The notes under the pieces are model-generated. The model was not told where the DNA came from and made no database searches. It saw nothing but the letters and a program-made list of their open reading frames with translations. Position numbers and translations under genes: made by a program. Below are positions 51,476 through 64,000 of a stretch of DNA of 64,000 bases, piece after piece (the first letter of the stretch is position 1; each line of letters starts with the position of its first letter). Source of the DNA: Psilocybe cubensis (lineage: Eukaryota); assembly GCA_017499595.2 (NCBI GenBank), contig CM039009.1, forward strand, positions 1,984,001 to 2,048,000. Direction: 5' to 3'.

Positions 51476-54008
51476 TTATTCGGTTTTCTGTTTGCTTAAG
51501 GGTACAGTGTCTGCAGCCTCAGGCGCGTAGCGTATCGAATATCGGGGTATTGATGCAAGATGCTGCCCCGTCAGCACTTGAAAGAGCAATCGCAAAGGGT
51601 TGTAGTGCTTTGCCAGGCGTTTCCAAAGCTCGACTAAGTACGGCGCGCGTGAGCACAACCATTTAACTGCACCGAAAAATAAAGCAGGTGGCTTACCGTA
51701 TTGGAAAAATATGGCGGAAAGAGGGATTGGTTGGTTCTAGAGAACGTGAATAAACAACATATTTTTGAGTTATAAAATGCATACCTCTAACGATAGATAA
51801 GCACATTCTACGCCACTGGGTCCATTAGGAACGTGCAGATTGAAATAGACCCCACCTTTCAAAAGGGAAAAATATATATGCAAGCGTCATTAAAGACTAC
51901 AAGCGTAAACACGTACCAGAAAGTCTCCACGGATCTTTGACCCTCAGCATAAGCGCAAAGAGTGGGAAGTGATGCATGAATGCGAGCAGCGTCTCAATAC
52001 ACGCTTGAAACAGCAATGTGGCCAATCGGAGCTGGAGGAAAGGCAATTAATTGATGATCATGGGAGATAGAAAGGCTCTGGAAGGACGTACGGCCGCAAA
52101 AAGAACATAGTATACGAGTGCGGTGGGGAAGAGGAACGCAAGAAGGGTAAAGAGAATTGTGCCGAAAAGGAGCTGATCGATATCGTAAGACCAAGTATCG
52201 GTACGGTTGCGTAAGACATTTCGTCTTTTGCCTAATCATGATCCGGTTTAGTAAATAAGAATATTAGGAAATTCAAGAGGCTTGGGTGACTCGCACCTCG
52301 AAATACTCCCCAGAGCAGACCTCCACCTAGTTTGACACCGGCAGCCCAATAGACCACTCTGGCCAGCTCATACCCTACTCGAAGATGGACGGTGAGAAAG
52401 AGGGAAAGTAGATCAGAAATTAAGGATAAGAGCAGCGTAAATCCTCCAATAGACGACAGAAATCCAAGAGTTGTGAATAAAGATGGTGCGAGAGGGGGAA
52501 TAATAGCTGTTATTAAAACAAACATTAGCTAAATATTGTCGTTAATCACGCAGTTTGTTACGCACATTTCCAGGTATCAATGACTCCAATAAGCGTGGTT
52601 ACATAAAAATGGCTAAGCTGGGTGTTAAGTTTGAGACCAGCTGGCCATGCGTCGAGCCAGAACAGAGCAGTCTGGGGCAGTTCAAAAAGAAGATCCTGAT
52701 AATCATGATTAGAGCATTCCAAGATGTTACGTGAGTTCATGATCACCTGTACCAGAGCATTTGCCCTTTCCGCGAGATATATATTGTTTTCCGACAGGAA
52801 GGCCCCAAAAGCGAAGCCAATAGTCATGTCGTTCATTATGAGCCATGCAGTATTAAAAAAGCTATCGTCTTTTTAGTACCAGACCAGTTAAAAATGGAGC
52901 TGACGAACTTGGTATATCTGTCGGAGTAGTTTGCAATATCTTTGGTGTTTTGTCGTTGTAGTGTTGCTATTTGTGTCAGAAAAAAGACCATTTGTTCAAC
53001 TCGGACATCGAATTGCTGCACTGAATGATTTTTCAGGAACAATTCAGTCCGAAATAAGGCAAATTCGAACCTGTTGCCGATATATCTTTTAATAGTAAAT
53101 ATTTTGAGCGGTCTCCGAGTCTGCCGTATGTTGGGATGGGAAATAGAGGAAGGTTGGTCACATTGGCAGCAACGTTGGAAAGCCAAAGAGAAAGATTAGA
53201 GAGTGATGCAAGATACGATGCAAGGGCGAGCAAGAACGATGCAGTCGTTGGAAGTAGTTTCGGAGATATATTAGGATGTTCGAGCGCTTTCTGGACTAAC
53301 GAGGATGCGTTCATCTTGAGGAGGCAAGGAATGAAAGTCTGAGCCACGAATGAAACTCTTTTGAGAAAAAACAGAGCACACCTGGTTCAGAACGGTATCA
53401 TTTAATGCTTCATCAATATGTCGAGGTTTCGAACGCGTAAAATCGTATTTTGACAACTTCCGATATGGATCATCCATACCATAAATGATAGACGATGGAG
53501 ATCTGGATACGTCTGGGCGACTCATCACGTAGAACCTGAGTGACTCGGGTGCATGGGGGCGATATAGCACAAAGGAAAACGAAAGTGTCCTATTTTCTGC
53601 GTCAGGAATGTTCGGAGGAAGCATCCATAGTTTGAGAGATGTTGGAATTGTCGAAACTCCAGAAAACTCGCATAGGCCCAGAGGAATTGGGTTGCCTTCG
53701 CAGGAGGACTGTACAGCTTTCCATAACGGCGAGTGAGAAAGCGCGTCAGAGAGTGCCTTTTGGGAATCTAAAGTAGTGATATCGAGGTCTCCTCGTTCCT
53801 GTCAACAATCGTTCAAGTAGAAGTTGGGAATGAGGACCTATAACACGGAGGAACTCACATCAAGAACACCCGCGACACACACCGCAGGCTTTAACCACCC
53901 GTAACACACCCCATGTCCTCTATAAGTTCCTCTCGGCCAGAAAATAGAAACAGAGACAGACTCAGGAGACTTGGGGGTCGTCGCCGTCGTCGTTGACGAT
54001 GGTGGCAT
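51476..54008 (-). CDS. GPI1: GPI-GlcNAc transferase subunit Gpi1/PIG-Q; multi-exon
   Basis: NDMTIG, WLDAWPAGLKLNTQL, LLSLISDLLS and LWGVFRG|KRRNVLRNRTD.W.YDIDQLLFGTILFTLL.FLFPT are Gpi1 motifs. Confidence 0.9.
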
Positions 54009-54154
54009 GTCATAGGAAAGGAAACGGCCACGTGATATGCGCCCGTAACTGTTGTGGAGGGCGCACTGCCGCAACAAACCCGACCCTTTGTTCAACTACC
54101 ACTGCCACCACCACTACCTCTCAAACCCTTCACCACGTCTTCCAAACCCACAAA

Positions 54155-55026
54155 ATGGAATCATCAGGACCCCCAAGGCGCCCAGATGCGAAGAGAAAGC
54201 TGGTGGTTGTCGGAGATGGTGAGCAGCTGGGATTTCGTGGATTCTGCAAAAATCCAATCCCCTATCATCAGGGAGATCGAGACGCACGAAATTGAACCGA
54301 AATTGTTGAATCTACAGGTGGATGCGGAAAGACATGTTTGCTCATCGTATACGCTGAGAACCGATTTCCAGAGGTGCGTCTGTTCGTACTACGATTCGTG
54401 TACCAACTGTGGCTCATTGATTGTGAACATCCACTGTTAGGCATACATTCCAACAGTATTCGAAAACTATGTTACGCTCGTACAACACGATCACCGCCTC
54501 ATCGAGGTCGCCCTATGGGACACGGCTGGCCAGGAGGAATATGACAGGCTCCGTCCACTTAGCTACCCGGAAAGCGACGTCATCCTCATCGTCTTTTCCG
54601 TAGACTTCCCTACTAGCCTCGCAAACGTGCTCGATAAGGTTCGTACTACAAGTTCATTACCGCATCACGCACAGACAAAAAACTAATTTCACCATCGCTA
54701 CTTCTTTCCATTCCCTCGTTCGTCCGACGATTAAGTGGTACCCCGAAGTATCGCACTTTTGCCCAACAACACCGATGCTGCTCATCGGAACAAAGACAGA
54801 TCTGCGCACCGACGATACGACGCTACGAATGCTTTCTGCACAGGGGCAGGTACCTGTGACAGCGGAGCAAGGCATGGCGGTCGCAAAGGACATTGGCGCG
54901 ATGTATAAGGAGTGCAGTGCGAAGACCGGACGTGGCGTCAAGGAGGTATTCGACGCAGCCCTCCGCGAGAGCTTGAAAGGCCGCTGGGGCCGTACTATCA
55001 AACAAAGGAAGTGTATGATAATGTGA
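54155..55026 (+). CDS. Rho-family small GTPase (most like Rho4); 4 exons
   Basis: [55 protein letters not shown] and a C-terminal CAAX box KQRKCMIM. Confidence 0.95.
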
Positions 55027-55783
55027 AGATACCCAACACAAAGTCACCGCGCGACCTGACGCACCACGCAGAAGGCACGAATACCACCTCGTTTTTGGGA
55101 CCCGATCGTTATGTTCATGTATATTTCTCCCGGTTATTGACATCATATACACCCATTGGTGGAAAGAGGGGGATGGGATAATGGCAAGGACGTTTGTCAT
55201 CTTTAATCTGCTTCAGTCCGTCTTTGTTCCTTTTTAATCCTCTTTGCTCCTATCCTCTTTTATTCTCTTTGTCATTTCTTATCTCTTTCTGTCTTTCGGA
55301 TTATCGTCACTGCTGCTTAGTAGCCGTTGTTGTACTTTGACTACATCATAATACCCCTGAGGCCGACGTCTTTGTGCTTTTTTCCAACCGTAGTAGCTCT
55401 TACTCTTGCATTCTTTCCAGGCTGGTCCTTTCATTTCCCCCTCTTCTCCTCATCCGCCGTTTCCCCTTAACCCCGTCCATGGCCCCTTTTATTTGCATTT
55501 CAAATACTACTCGTCGGTGCTCCATTTTTTCCAGCTCCTACTTACTTACATAACAGTACGAACTCTTTTCCATGCCTCTATCACGATAGATATTTTCCAT
55601 TGCTCGGCCATACTCAACTTTATCATTATACAGTAGCACTCACGCGAAATCAAAACTCGGCTCAAATGTATCACGCAAGATGGCGAATCGTTGCGCAAAC
55701 CGCCCGCGACCAATCTACTCTCACAAAATGGCAATTGAACTTGATGCTCACTATAGAGCCTACTCGATCAAATGTGTTTGACT

Positions 55784-55864
55784 CCTATTTCTCCATGAAC
55801 CTGAGCATCAACAACCTATTTCTCCATGAACAACAACAACAACCTATTTCTCCATGAACCTGAG
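55784..55864. repeat. Three copies of the 17-bp CCTATTTCTCCATGAAC separated by CAA-rich spacers
   Basis: Copies start at 55784, 55815 and 55843. Confidence 0.9.
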
Positions 55865-56109
55865 GCTATCGAGATGTGAAGTCACCTCTGGTTATAATTA
55901 TGGCCCTATTGAATATTCAGTAGTGACCTCCATTCAACACCCAATCATCAAAAGTTTGCGGTATCTGAGTTCACATCTTCTTTCTCTGGACCGTGGAATG
56001 CAAAACAACTGAATTCACAGCAACCAAGCACCTACCAGCGATTGCTATCGAGCATCGGAATGGAGACCGATCAGCAAAAACAAGGACGAGATAATACATT
56101 TACGTCCAC

Positions 56110-57544
56110 TCACAAGTCCAACTGAAATTCCACCTCGAGGTCTTTCTTCCCCAACAAATGAGGCACCGCACTTGCCATCGCGTCCCTCCACCGGATAGCC
56201 TCCACAGTTTTATCCGATTCGGCAAATTGCATTTGATGCGTAGTTTGGATTCTTAGCACCAGCTTTTTCACTTTTTCGAAGCTGGGTCGAAGAAGAAACG
56301 TGTCCAATCTGTATAGCTGGACTCCTCTGACATATAATGCCGCTGTACTTGGAATGTTACCATTCGCAGGTCTCATGGCCCAGTTTATCGTAGTCTCTAT
56401 GTTAATCTCAGTCAAGCTTGGGGGTGGGTCGTTTGCGAAGAGGCCTTCAAAAAGCGCGATCTGTTTGATGGGTACGAACGTGGACAATGTGATGGAGCGG
56501 AGTCGACTTAGATGGTTGTATCGCAAAGGAAATTTTCCGACATCGGGGATAGGTGCAATGTCTACAACAGGTGAGAACAAATGAGTCCGAGTTGAATGAA
56601 CTAGCAGCATGAATGCTCGCCTTCACTCACGCAGTGGAAAGCCATTATCTATACACAAATGCTCTAAAGCCGGTGTAATCGAGAGCATTTCGTTGATCTG
56701 TGTGATGAAACCAGAAAAACCTCTCATGGTTTGCTTGATGCGCAATTTCAATGTAGTAAGATGCGGGAACATGCGGCGACCGGCGAGAGTGTGTTGAATA
56801 CCAGAGGGGTGGGATTCGAATAAGGAAGCATGATTTGCTGGTGTCATAGCTAGGTCTGTGTCCAGGGACTCCAATGGACATGGGAGGTGTCTGTCTTCCT
56901 CGTTCACGAAGTGTCTACTACCTGAGTCTTGAACCAACTCTGTAGCCACGGTTGTGTTGCATGTAACAAGGTGTTTAACATTGCTCTTCGATAAAATACC
57001 CTCATGTAGGCAATGAAAGTTATATAGTGATAAAGAATTTATCTGGGAGGTTTGCATGAAATCCTTGAGGGGTTCACAAAGTGACGAATTTGGACTGAAG
57101 TTGGCTGAAAACCACAAAACGAGGAACGAAAGGCAAGGGGAAGTGCGCGCTAGTCCGGGAAATGATACCGATGGAGATATTTGAGACATATTGGAAAAAA
57201 TAAAGAGGATATCACTGTTTCTGAAAAATCTTTTCACCTTCCGCGCATCGACTGAAGGGCGTACCACGATGGACCTGATGAACATGCAGACTGACAGAAG
57301 GGAATGGATTGAGTTTCCAGATCGAATCAGGTCCGCAAAAGAGGCGGCTCTTTTCTCGAAACTTTCAGGTTCGTTTGTTGTGCTGATGTATACCGTAGAG
57401 AAACGAGATTTATTTGCTTAAATATGACATCGGTGGGAGGTGAGCGCAATGGCAGTGTGTCGTCGGGGCAAAGCTTTGTACTGCAATGCAGGTAATTTCG
57501 TCCATAATCTCAACAGGTACACGCGGAGTGGAATTGGTAAACAT
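56110..57544 (-). pseudogene. F-box-like paralogue A, disrupted
   Basis: MFTNSTPRVPVEIMDEI start; frameshift near 57455-57460, then an in-frame TAA (CHI*ANKSRF) where the paralogues are open. Downstream CPLESLDTD and PLRYNHL blocks are retained. Confidence 0.75.
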
Positions 57545-58115
57545 GGGTGACCATCGGGAGGTAGTCAAATTTGAGAGGCAAGAGCACCAAAGCCACTGGA
57601 TTGACGAACCCAGTCGCCGGTTTCCCACAGCTGATTCAGGTTGTCTATCAAAGGCTTATGACTTTCTCACGCTACATGCCATGAACTCTTCAACAGACTT
57701 CGATATGCTTCCCTATGCTCCTCTATGCTCCCACTGTAACTTTTATTTATTTTTGCGACGCAGCGTCATCCTTGTAAGATGCGAGAACACCAACGAGGGG
57801 GTGTAGAGCACGAGGATTGATGATAGAATAACGCACGCAGCATGTTCTGCTATTGGTCAATTTCGAGTGACTCAGGCTCGCAACGGACTCGCACCACGAA
57901 GAACCAAATCACGTTAAATACTTGTTTATTACCAACAGTCTACTTTTTAAATGTACTTTGCTACCAATCAAAAGACTCCAAACCTCATACTGGTATCCTA
58001 TATATGCTACTGAAACGCATCGGCTCCTTGGGAAAAAGGCACTGGTCATAGCTATCAGAAATAATAACGCCAACGTGGTCAGTGGGTAAGAAGACAAGAG
58101 CAAATTCATAACCAC

Positions 58116-59617
58116 TCACAACTCCAATTGGACATTCACCCCTTGGTATTTCATCTCTAACAGGCCGGTTATCGCTTTCCTTACGGTGTCCCTCCACGGG
58201 GTCACAATCCCGTCAACCGACTCTCTGTCCAGGTCTTCTGGTTGGAATATATCCATTGCCATACCGATTCTGACGACGAATTTTTTCACTCCTTCAAACC
58301 CAGGTCTGCGTAGAAACGCGTCGGTTCTATGCAGACCGAGCCAGCTGATATATCTTTCTGCATCTCTGACACCATTCAAGAGTCCGTGGCGCAGATCTAT
58401 CATGATATCTATGACAACCTCACGCAAGCTCGGGGGAGGTTTGTCTGCGCAGAGACATTCGAGAGTCTCCATCTGCTTATAATGTGGCGCGCTTGCGCCC
58501 AATGAGAAGGACCGGAGCCTAGTGAGATGGTTATATCGCAGAGGCAACACACTGCCCTCTGGACGAAATTGAATTGCTGTAATGGAATGAATAAGAGGGG
58601 AAAACAAATTAGATATAGATCCTCTTTCCTTGACTGCCCACACTCACATAGCTTTCCAGCGTTGTATATGAACAGATCTTCGAGGACCGGTGTATTCAAA
58701 AGTATCTCGTTAACCATTATATTGAATTCTCTAGTGTCAATTCTAGAATGGTACAGCCTCAGCCTGCTAAGGAACGGAAACATAACACCGTCAAGTAGAT
58801 GGTGCTCAGCACCAGAAGAGTGGGAGTAGACGCGGAATAGTTTAGCATGTTCAGCTATTGTCATACCCATATCAGTTTCAAGGGACTCCAACGGGCATAT
58901 TCCGAGCTGACTTTCTTCTTCCTCCGAGTCTGAGTCAGGAATACTATTCAAGTCCTCAACTAAACTTGAATCTGCTGATGCTTCCGTTGCCTGGTATAGA
59001 ATAAGGTGTTTGATATCACTTTGCGATAGTATTCCTTGCTGTAACCCTTGAACGTTGTAGAGTGACAGATGGTTGAGCCGCGATGAATGTATAAAGTCCT
59101 TGAGTGATTTGAACACCATAGCAGAAGGCGTGCATGGATGCACCAAGGCCAAAGTAAACGAAAATTTGACACGAGCAGTGACTGTGTTCTCCAGGCCAAA
59201 AGATGAATTGTGTGACGGCATCCAAAACAAATTGTGGAGAAGACACTGAAAATCCGCATTTCTAAAGACCCGACCAAGCTCTGAAGCCACTATCGGTTGT
59301 CACCATATCTTCGATCCTCAACACAACGGACCGAATGAACCCGCAAACCCCCGGTAGCAGAGTGCGTATTCCGTCTCTAGCCCGAATCAAATTCGCAAGA
59401 GACGACACTCTCCTCTCAAGGTAATTCGGCACTGTGACAGTATCATGTCTCTGTAAATCCAAGATGCCATATTTTCCGATGTGTACCGTCAAAAAAACGG
59501 ACCTTGTTTGCATGCATACAACCTCGGCGAGATGTGAGCGCAATAGCCGAGTGTGTTACAGATGACTTGATCCACAAGCTCAAGGGGCAGAGACACAGGG
59601 TTAGCGTCCACGGACAT
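58116..59617 (-). pseudogene. F-box-like paralogue B, disrupted
   Basis: MSVDANPVSLPLELVDQVI; homology to paralogue C is split over three ORFs (59489-59701, 59262-59543, 58409-59290) by a deletion and further frameshifts. Confidence 0.75.
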
Positions 59618-60115
59618 GGGTGGTGAATTATAAGAGGCGCTGGAAACGGCTTGCCACCGCGTATGACATCCGGCGCCGATCACAGGAAATTCGCACGCCA
59701 CCCCTTGGATTTATCAGTAAAAAACTTTACTAGCGCCCACTGCAGAGTACAGGATCGCGAGTCCATGTCACGTACTCTAGAGCCCATTGGCAGACCTATC
59801 AATGGGGAAAATGTATAATACAGACCAACTCTTCCTTGGGAAAGCTCAGCGGTTATCACTACTGGATGCCAACAGGTCCAAGTCTTTGCACAAATGTATT
59901 TACTTCGTTACAAGCATTATGTTTTCAGTGGCCAATAAAATACAAGTTTCTTTAAATGTACCTTCTCTTCCAACCAAAATACCCACATATTCTAAACATT
60001 AAAACGTTTAACTCCCCAGGATGACTCATCTGGATAGAGCCACTGGTCATAACTATAAAAATAAAACACCAATGCGCTCAGCCGGGCAAACCAAACAAAA
60101 AAAACTGGCAACGAC

Positions 60116-61620
60116 TCACAATTCCAATTGAATATTCAGCTCTAGATCCCGGGATTTCAACTCCAACTGGTGGGCCACTGCTTTCCTCACGGTGTCCCTC
60201 AACAGGATCACACCACCCTCAACCAACTCTCTGTCCGGTTGATATATATCCATAGCCATACGGAGTCTCACAACGACCTTTCTCACTTGCTCATAGCCCG
60301 GTCGGCACAGAAATGCGTCCAGTTTGTCCAGACTGAGACACCTGATATAATTTTCTCCTTGTCTGACACCCTCTGAGAGTCCGTTGCGTAGATCTATCGT
60401 GGCCTCCAAGATTATCTCACTCAAGCTTGGGGGAGGGTTGTCCGCGCAGAGACACATGAGGATCTCTATAGGCAAATTGGTTGGTATGTACGATTCAAAT
60501 GAGAATGACCGGAGTTTAATGAGATGACTGTATCGTAGAGGTAACACGCTGCGTTCTGGGGAATGCAAAATTTTTGCTATAAAGAACAAGTCAAAAAAAT
60601 GGAATAATTAGATATATTCTATCTTCTTGACAACCCACACTCACGTAGGTAATCCCCGTTGTATATAAACAAATCTTCGAGGGCAGGCGCATTCAAGAGT
60701 ATTTCGTTGGCCATTATGTTGAACTCGCGAGTGTGAATCCGCTTATGATGCAGCCTCAGCTTTGTAAGACACGGAAACACGACGTGGCCTGGAAGACGAT
60801 GTATAACACCAGAGGAGTAGGAACTGAATAGTGCAAAATGTCCATCTAACGTCATACTCATATCGGTTTCAAGGGACTCCAACGGACATGACCCAAGGTT
60901 CCTTTCTTCTTCAGAATCTAAATGGGGCGTACCATCCAAATCTTCAATTAAACTTGGATCAGCTGATACCTGTACTACCTTGTACAGAACAAGGTGTTTG
61001 ATATTGCATTGCGAGAGTAGTCCATTTGGTAGCCTTAGAACGTTATAAAGAGATAGACGGTCAAGCTGCGAGGAATAAAAAAAGTGCTTGAGTGATTTAA
61101 ACACCGTAGCGGAAGGCATCCAAATATACCGCAAGCCCAAAGTGAACGAACATTCGACACGAGTGGGGCACGCAACGCCAAAAGACAAATTCTGTGGCAG
61201 AATCCGAAACAATCTGTCAAGAATAAACTGAAAATCTGCATTTATGAAGACCTTATCATGCCCTGGATCCATTGTTGTCGTCAAATCTTGAACCCTCAGC
61301 ACAACAGACCGAATGAACCCGCAAACCCCCGGCATGGTACGTATTTCATCTCCAGCCCGAATCAAATCCGCAAAAAATGATACCCTCTTCTCGAGGTAAT
61401 TCGTCACTGTGACGGTATCGTCGCTCTGCAAATCCGACATGCGATATCTCCCAATGTGTACAGTCGAAAAACGGGCCTTGTTAGCGTACATACGACCTCG
61501 GTGAAATGTGAGCGCGATAGCCGATTGCGTCTTTAGTCCATAGCAAGGTTGCACAGCCAAGTAGATGATTTCATCGAGAACCTCGAGGGGCAAAACGACA
61601 GTATTAGTGTCCAGGGACAT
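60116..61620 (-). CDS. F-box-like paralogue C, intact, 2 exons
   Basis: LPLEVLDEII F-box-like start, RFSTVHI, PGVCGFIR, CPLESLETD; intron after YLRE; PLRYSHL...QLEL*. Confidence 0.75.
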
Positions 61621-62132
61621 GGGTGGTAAATCGTAAGAGGCGCTCGCAACTGCAAGGATAATATCGGGCGCCGATCAGAGAAAGTTCGCACGCCACCATG
61701 CATTTATCAGATCTAACTGGTGCCCAGGAACGCGAGCCCATCGGAACCAAATCGGAACCCACGTTGCCAGACTGCTGAACAGGAGCAAATGAATTATGCA
61801 GACCAGCCTTTCCTGCGAGCCAGCTTGACTTTAGCATTTTATCATTTTCGAACAGTAAATTACTTCAAAGTGCTAATACTTACAAGTAGCACAGATGTGT
61901 TTGCTCCATTAAAAGTCTCTAATTTTCAGTGGCAATAGAGTACAAAATTTCTTACTGTAAATGTACACTTCCACCAATCGGACCCTCATATACCATCTGT
62001 ATTAAAAAGTCCTGAACAGTTCCATCAACTCACCGGGATAAAGCCAGTGGTCATATCTAGTACATAAAAAAAACCAAAACCACCAACACGCTCAGAAAGC
62101 AACCCATACAACCACAAATTCAGGTAGAACAC

Positions 62133-63638
62133 TCACAACTCCAACTGGACATTCACTTCTAACGCTTTCATCTCCAACTGGCGATTCACCGCCCTCCTCA
62201 ACGCTTCCCTCCACGGGACCGTAGGCGAATCTTCATCCAAGTCATCCAACTCATATACATCCAAAGCCATACCGAGTCTCAAAACAACCTTGTCCACCCG
62301 TTCAAAGCCCGGTCTGCTCAGAAACGCATTCATCCTATCCAGACTGAGCCCCCTGACATATCTCTCCGCCTCATTGACACCATACGAGAGCCCCTTGCGC
62401 ATCTCTATCTGCGCCTCGATGCCGATCTCCGACAAGCTCTTAGGGGGCTCATTGTGAGCGAATAAACACTCAAGGATTTCTATCTGCTTGTACGGCATGC
62501 GCGTGCCGAGTGTGATGGACCGCAGCCTGGTGAGGTGGGTGTAGCGCAGAGGCAGCACATGGTGCGCTGGCCATATCATCACTTCTGCAATAAAAAAGAG
62601 GTCACCCCCAAAAACGAATTAGATAAGGGACCTACTCTAGTGAACACACTCACGAAGTTTATCCCCGTTGTCTACAAATAACTCTTCAAGGAGCGGCGCA
62701 TTCAAGAGGAACTCATTGGCCACAACGTTGAACTCCCTCGTGTGGATATACCTATAGTGCAACTTGAGCCGCGTAAGACACGGAAACATCACACCGTCCA
62801 GAATTCTCTGGCGCCCAACACCCTGGAAAAGCGCGGTGTGTTCAGCCAGCGTCAAACACAGGTCAGTTTCCAAGGACTCCAACGGACACAGCACATTCTG
62901 CCTTTCAGCTTCTTCTTCCTTGACAAACGTATTATCATCCAAATCTGATTCTGCTGCCGCCAGAGCACGATATAACACAAGGTGTCTGATACCGCTTCCC
63001 GAGAGAAATCCGCTCTGTAGTCCATGCACGTTACACAGAAACAGACGATTAACCTTTGACAACTCTGACCGCATCAAATCCCTAATAGATTGCATCACCC
63101 CAGAGGACCGTATCAGCGGATACCGCAAGCTCAAAACAAATGAGCACCTCTCCTGGGTAGAAGTAGTAGATCCGCCAACCTCCTCCTTCTTGTCCTCCAG
63201 CAACACCCTCCGCAAAATGAACCGCAGCTCACTATCCCCAAAAGACCTCTCAACCTCCTCATTCCCCCTCCAATCCCCAATCCTCAGCACAAACTCCCTC
63301 ACAAACCCACACACACCTGGAAAAGCAGTCCCGCTACCCAAATCATCTTCAGCGCGAATCAGCTGTGCAAACGAAGCCATTCTCCTCTCCAAGTCCAAAT
63401 CCTGCCCCGGGACACTAGCGCTGCTCGGATCCACAAGAGTCCCCACATTTAGACCAATGCCGGTGCCAATACGCACAGTCGCGAACCGCGAGACGTTTAC
63501 GCGCATATGGCATCGGCGGGATGTGAGCGCAAGTGCCGAATGGGTTTTCAGTCCAAAATATGGTTGGACAGCTATACCAACAATTTCATCTACAAGTTCG
63601 AGAGGGAGAATAACGGAGTTGGACGCAGAATTCGGCAT
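62133..63638 (-). CDS. F-box-like paralogue D, intact, 2 exons
   Basis: LPLELVDEIV, RFATVRI, PGVCGFVR, CPLESLETD, PLRYTHL...QLEL*; same intron position as paralogue C. Confidence 0.75.
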
Positions 63639-64000
63639 GGGTTTGGGGTATGCAGTCTATCTTAAGACAGTTGAAAGGGTTTGTCATTGCGACAGAGTAC
63701 AAATAGATAGGTATGTATCGTATCGGACGCTGATCAGCGTTGGTTCGCACGCCACTATCAAGCTGATCTGGACTAGCGCCCAAGTAGGAGCGCCATAACG
63801 TAATGATACGGATGTCTTTTATGTGGAGGTGTATCATTTGCTGCTAGTGTTCGTTTATTTGGAGCGCAACAATGATAACATGGCCTTGTACCGTATCATT
63901 TCAAACACTAAGTGTCAAATCATCGAACGAGTGTATAATATGTAGCAGTAGCCATGTTCCCGTCTAGAACTCTTGCACTTTATGTTTCTAGTTTTCATCC

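Noticed and set aside
55784-55864. Three 17-bp direct repeats with short spacers, superficially CRISPR-like
   Set aside because: Eukaryotic context, no cas genes, and spacers are only 11-14 bp of CAA-rich sequence; best explained as slippage duplication.
62764-63798. 344-aa plus-strand ORF
   Set aside because: Antisense shadow of F-box-like paralogue D; no recognisable motifs.

Overview
Intron-rich fungal DNA; the gene families and ~50-60 nt GT-AG introns suggest a basidiomycete, probably an agaric (inference). The main discovery is a complete 15.9-kb CACTA/En-Spm-type DNA transposon at 29140-45042. It has 27-bp CACTG terminal inverted repeats and a 3-bp TGT target duplication, and it sits exactly at the centre of a palindromic target site. 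Besides its Tnp2-family transposase it carries about five spliced passenger genes, including a WD40 membrane protein and a stand-alone nucleotidyltransferase-fold protein. The left ~16.6 kb is a second mobile/accessory block: a JmjC-domain gene, a Plavaka-type transposase, a partly duplicated cyclin gene, a truncated Ty3/Gypsy integrase with its 3' LTR, and a ~400-nt sequence that folds extensively with G-U pairs (candidate structured RNA). Ordinary genes include two DUF1524/HNH secreted nucleases, a DUF6533 membrane protein, a GH15-CBM20 glucoamylase, an FAD monooxygenase, a Gti1/Pac2 protein, a KOW-repeat protein, GPI1 head-to-head with a Rho GTPase, and four tandem F-box-like paralogues, two of them broken. 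Exon boundaries were read by eye and family calls come from remembered motifs; no searches were run.
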